DNA of 8,561 nucleotides from a virus (Duplodnaviria; Heunggongvirae; Uroviricota; Caudoviricetes): IMG/VR virus record IMGVR_UViG_2778261354_000018, positions 1 to 8,561 of that record; one strand, 5' to 3'. Shown piece by piece: positions 6,802 to 8,561 of this stretch (position 1 is its first letter; each line of letters starts with the position of its first letter). The notes under the pieces were generated by a model. It saw only the letters and a program-made list of their open reading frames with translations, ran no database searches and was not told where the DNA came from. The position numbers and the translations under genes were made by a program.

Positions 6802-7947
6802 ATGAGTATCACAGAATCAGTAACACATCACATCAACAGCGCACTGGATGAAGCGGAAGACACAGTGAGGGTACCGGACTTCACTATCACACTGGAAGGA
6901 AAAGATGACAGCCTGAAGAACATCACGCAGCGCATCATGAGCCTCACCATGACAGACAACAGGGGTTTTGAGGCTGACAGGGTGACGCTGGAAATCGACG
7001 ACGCCGACGGCGAGGTGGTACTTCCGGAACGTGGAACAAGATTATCTCTGTCTCTGGGATGGAAAGGCGAAAGCCTCACACACAAAGGGACGTTCGTTGT
7101 GGATGAAGTCGCACACGACGGGCCACCGGATAAGCTGACCATCTCCGCGAACAGCGCGGATTTTCGCGAAGAGTTTAACGTGAAACGCGAAGTCTCCTGG
7201 CATGACGTGACCGTTGAGCGTGTGGTATCTGCCATCGCCAACCGTTACGGACTGAAAGCACAAATCAGCGAAATGTTGATGAACATCGAAATCGACCATG
7301 CCGACCAGACAGAGGAAAGTGATATGTCATTCCTCACGCGCATGGCTGACATGCTGGGTGCAATAGCCACCGTAAAAAACGGGTGCCTGCTGTTCATTCT
7401 GCCGGGTGGTGGTGTGACGGCCAGCGGTCGCGCCCTCCCCTCGTTCGCCCTGACCCGTTCGGATGGCGACAGCCACCGGTTCCGCATTGCTGACAGACAG
7501 GCCTACACCGGGGTGAAGGCTTACTGGCTGGATTTAAAGTTCGGTCAGAAGAAGGCCGTGAACGTGAAAAAGCGAAACGCGCAAACCACGCAGAAGCCGG
7601 AGAAAAGCAGTTCACGGGAGGGCGGATACATGGAAGGCGCAGAAGGCAACGTGTATGTGCTGAGAAAGACCTACCCGAACGAAGAGGCCGCGCGTCGCGC
7701 AGCTGCCGCACGCTGGCAGCAACTTCAGCGGGGCGCAGCAGAATTCAGCATCACACTGGCGCGTGGACGCGCCGACCTGTATCCGGAGATGCACGGCACG
7801 GTATCCGGGTTCAAGAGCGACATTGACAATCAGGACTGGATTATTTCGCGCATTGAGCACGTCATCAACGACAGCGGCTTCACCACCCGACTGGAGCTGG
7901 AAGCAAAAATCGCAGACTGGATAGCAGAGAGTAACACGACTGGCTAG
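6802..7947 (+). CDS. D: Phage late gene D protein (P2 gpD family; tail/baseplate-hub-associated protein)
   Basis: 381-aa ORF with N-terminal ...RVPDFTITLEGKD...LTMTDNRGFEADRVTLEIDDADGEV... and C-terminal ...WIISRIEHVI... typical of the gpD family as I recall it. GGGAGGGG SD 4 nt upstream of the ATG. Confidence 0.9.
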   Translation: MSITESVTHHINSALDEAEDTVRVPDFTITLEGKDDSLKNITQRIMSLTMTDNRGFEADRVTLEIDDADGEVVLPERGTRLSLSLGWKGESLTHKGTFVVDEVAHDGPPDKLTISANSADFREEFNVKREVSWHDVTVERVVSAIANRYGLKAQISEMLMNIEIDHADQTEESDMSFLTRMADMLGAIATVKNGCLLFILPGGGVTASGRALPSFALTRSDGDSHRFRIADRQAYTGVKAYWLDLKFGQKKAVNVKKRNAQTTQKPEKSSSREGGYMEGAEGNVYVLRKTYPNEEAARRAAAARWQQLQRGAAEFSITLARGRADLYPEMHGTVSGFKSDIDNQDWIISRIEHVINDSGFTTRLELEAKIADWIAESNTTG

Positions 7948-7988
7948 AATGAGCGCGAGCCCACCCCGTTTCAGCCAGGGGGACCATC

Positions 7989-8291
7989 ATGCATCCTTGC
8001 CCATACTGCGGAGCAAGCACCCGCACCAGAACAAGCCGCAACGCCAACGATACAGGAACAATCAGGGAGAAATACTATCAGTGCAACAACATTGAATGCA
8101 GCGCCACCTTTGTGACGCACGAGTTTGTCGTGAGAACCGTGTGCCGCCCACAACCCACCGAAGAACGGGGAATTATTCCCGCAGACGCCTTCAAAGCATG
8201 TCACCGGGGGAGGGATCAACTCAGCCTTCCCCTGGGCGATTGCGCCTCCCAGTCAAAAACTGTACATTACGCGCGGGTGCCTTTCGGCTGA
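7989..8291 (+). CDS. ogr: Ogr/Delta-family zinc-finger late transcription activator, with a C-terminal extension
   Basis: N-terminus MHPCPYCGASTRTRTSRNANDTGTIREKYYQCNNIECSATFVTHE shows a C-x2-C ... C-x4-C zinc-finger pattern and similarity to P2 Ogr (CP.C...ARTSR...ERY.QC.N..CSATF.T.E). It lies immediately downstream of D as in P2. The ORF is 100 aa, versus about 72 aa for P2 Ogr as I recall. Confidence 0.8.
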   Translation: MHPCPYCGASTRTRTSRNANDTGTIREKYYQCNNIECSATFVTHEFVVRTVCRPQPTEERGIIPADAFKACHRGRDQLSLPLGDCASQSKTVHYARVPFG

Positions 8292-8420
8292 CGGCTGGAA
8301 GGATTACCTGAAGGCCGGATGTGGAAAGGCCCCGAGTCAACTAAACGTTAACCCGAGGCCCTAACCATCTAACCGTGACAAGTGGAAGGTTAGCGCCTCT
8401 TTGAAAAAGGAGCAAGCGCT

Positions 8421-8561
8421 ATGCCGCAAAAAACGATCATCGTAAGCATTTTATGCTTAACCATGTTGTTGACCGTCTGGATGATACACCGTTCACCGTG
8501 TGAGTTCAGACTTAACATCATGTGGTCAGAATTTGCGGCGTTCTTGCAGTGTAAACCGTAA
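8421..8561 (+). CDS. Small hydrophobic protein with Hok/Gef-like features (candidate type I toxin), 46 aa
   Basis: MPQKTIIVSILCLTMLLTVWMIHRSPCEFRLNIMWSEFAAFLQCKP. Basic N-terminus, one hydrophobic helix containing CLT.LL, then R-S-x-C-E-x-R and E-x-A-A-F motifs, paralleling Hok (..CLTLLIF..RKSLCEIR...EVAAFMAY) and HokB/HokD as I recall them. Strong AAGGAG SD 8 nt upstream of the ATG. Stop TAA is the last three bases of the window. Confidence 0.5.
   Translation: MPQKTIIVSILCLTMLLTVWMIHRSPCEFRLNIMWSEFAAFLQCKP

Noticed and set aside
6828-7860. Minus-strand ORFs antisense to gene D (6828..7241, 7042..7299, 7245..7487, 7394..7711, 7612..7860)
   Set aside because: Antisense to a well-supported CDS, with low-complexity translations typical of GC-rich antisense frames.
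7971-8311. ORFs 7971..8219 (minus) and 8096..8311 (plus) overlapping ogr
   Set aside because: They are antisense to, or out of frame with, the Ogr zinc-finger ORF, which has clear family features.
8343-8420. mok-like overlapping reading frame or sok-like antisense promoter upstream of the Hok-like ORF
   Set aside because: The only upstream open frame is in the same frame as the toxin ORF (a possible GTG at 8376), not an overlapping out-of-frame mok. No convincing -35/-10 pair was found on either strand by eye. This is left as an open question rather than a call.
8292-8420. Phage attachment site or tRNA gene downstream of ogr (the expected position of attP in P2)
   Set aside because: No tRNA-like cloverleaf and no recognisable att core could be identified from sequence alone. 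This would need comparison with an unoccupied host site.

Overview
This window is a P2-like (peduovirus-type) contractile-tail gene module, most likely part of a prophage. All calls come from reading the supplied ORF translations and the sequence by eye; no searches or computations were run. The minus strand carries the tail operon FI (sheath), FII (tube), E/E' (chaperone with a programmed -1 frameshift), T (tape measure) and U. The plus strand carries gene D and an Ogr-family zinc-finger late activator on the right, and the 3' end of a lambda-Tfa-like tail fibre assembly gene at the left edge. The FI-to-U block is therefore inverted relative to the canonical P2/186 order (G, FI, FII, E, T, U, D, ogr all co-directional). 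Between tfa and U sits an AT-rich single-gene insertion encoding a hexapeptide-repeat acetyltransferase with its own near-consensus sigma70 promoter and a hairpin terminator; this is the position of the P2 Z/fun accessory hotspot. At the right edge, a 46-codon ORF with Hok/Gef-like features follows ogr. The acetyltransferase moron and the Hok-like ORF are the best candidates for accessory or undescribed function; I see no multi-gene novel system that I can support. No tRNA, rRNA, CRISPR array or transposase was recognised.
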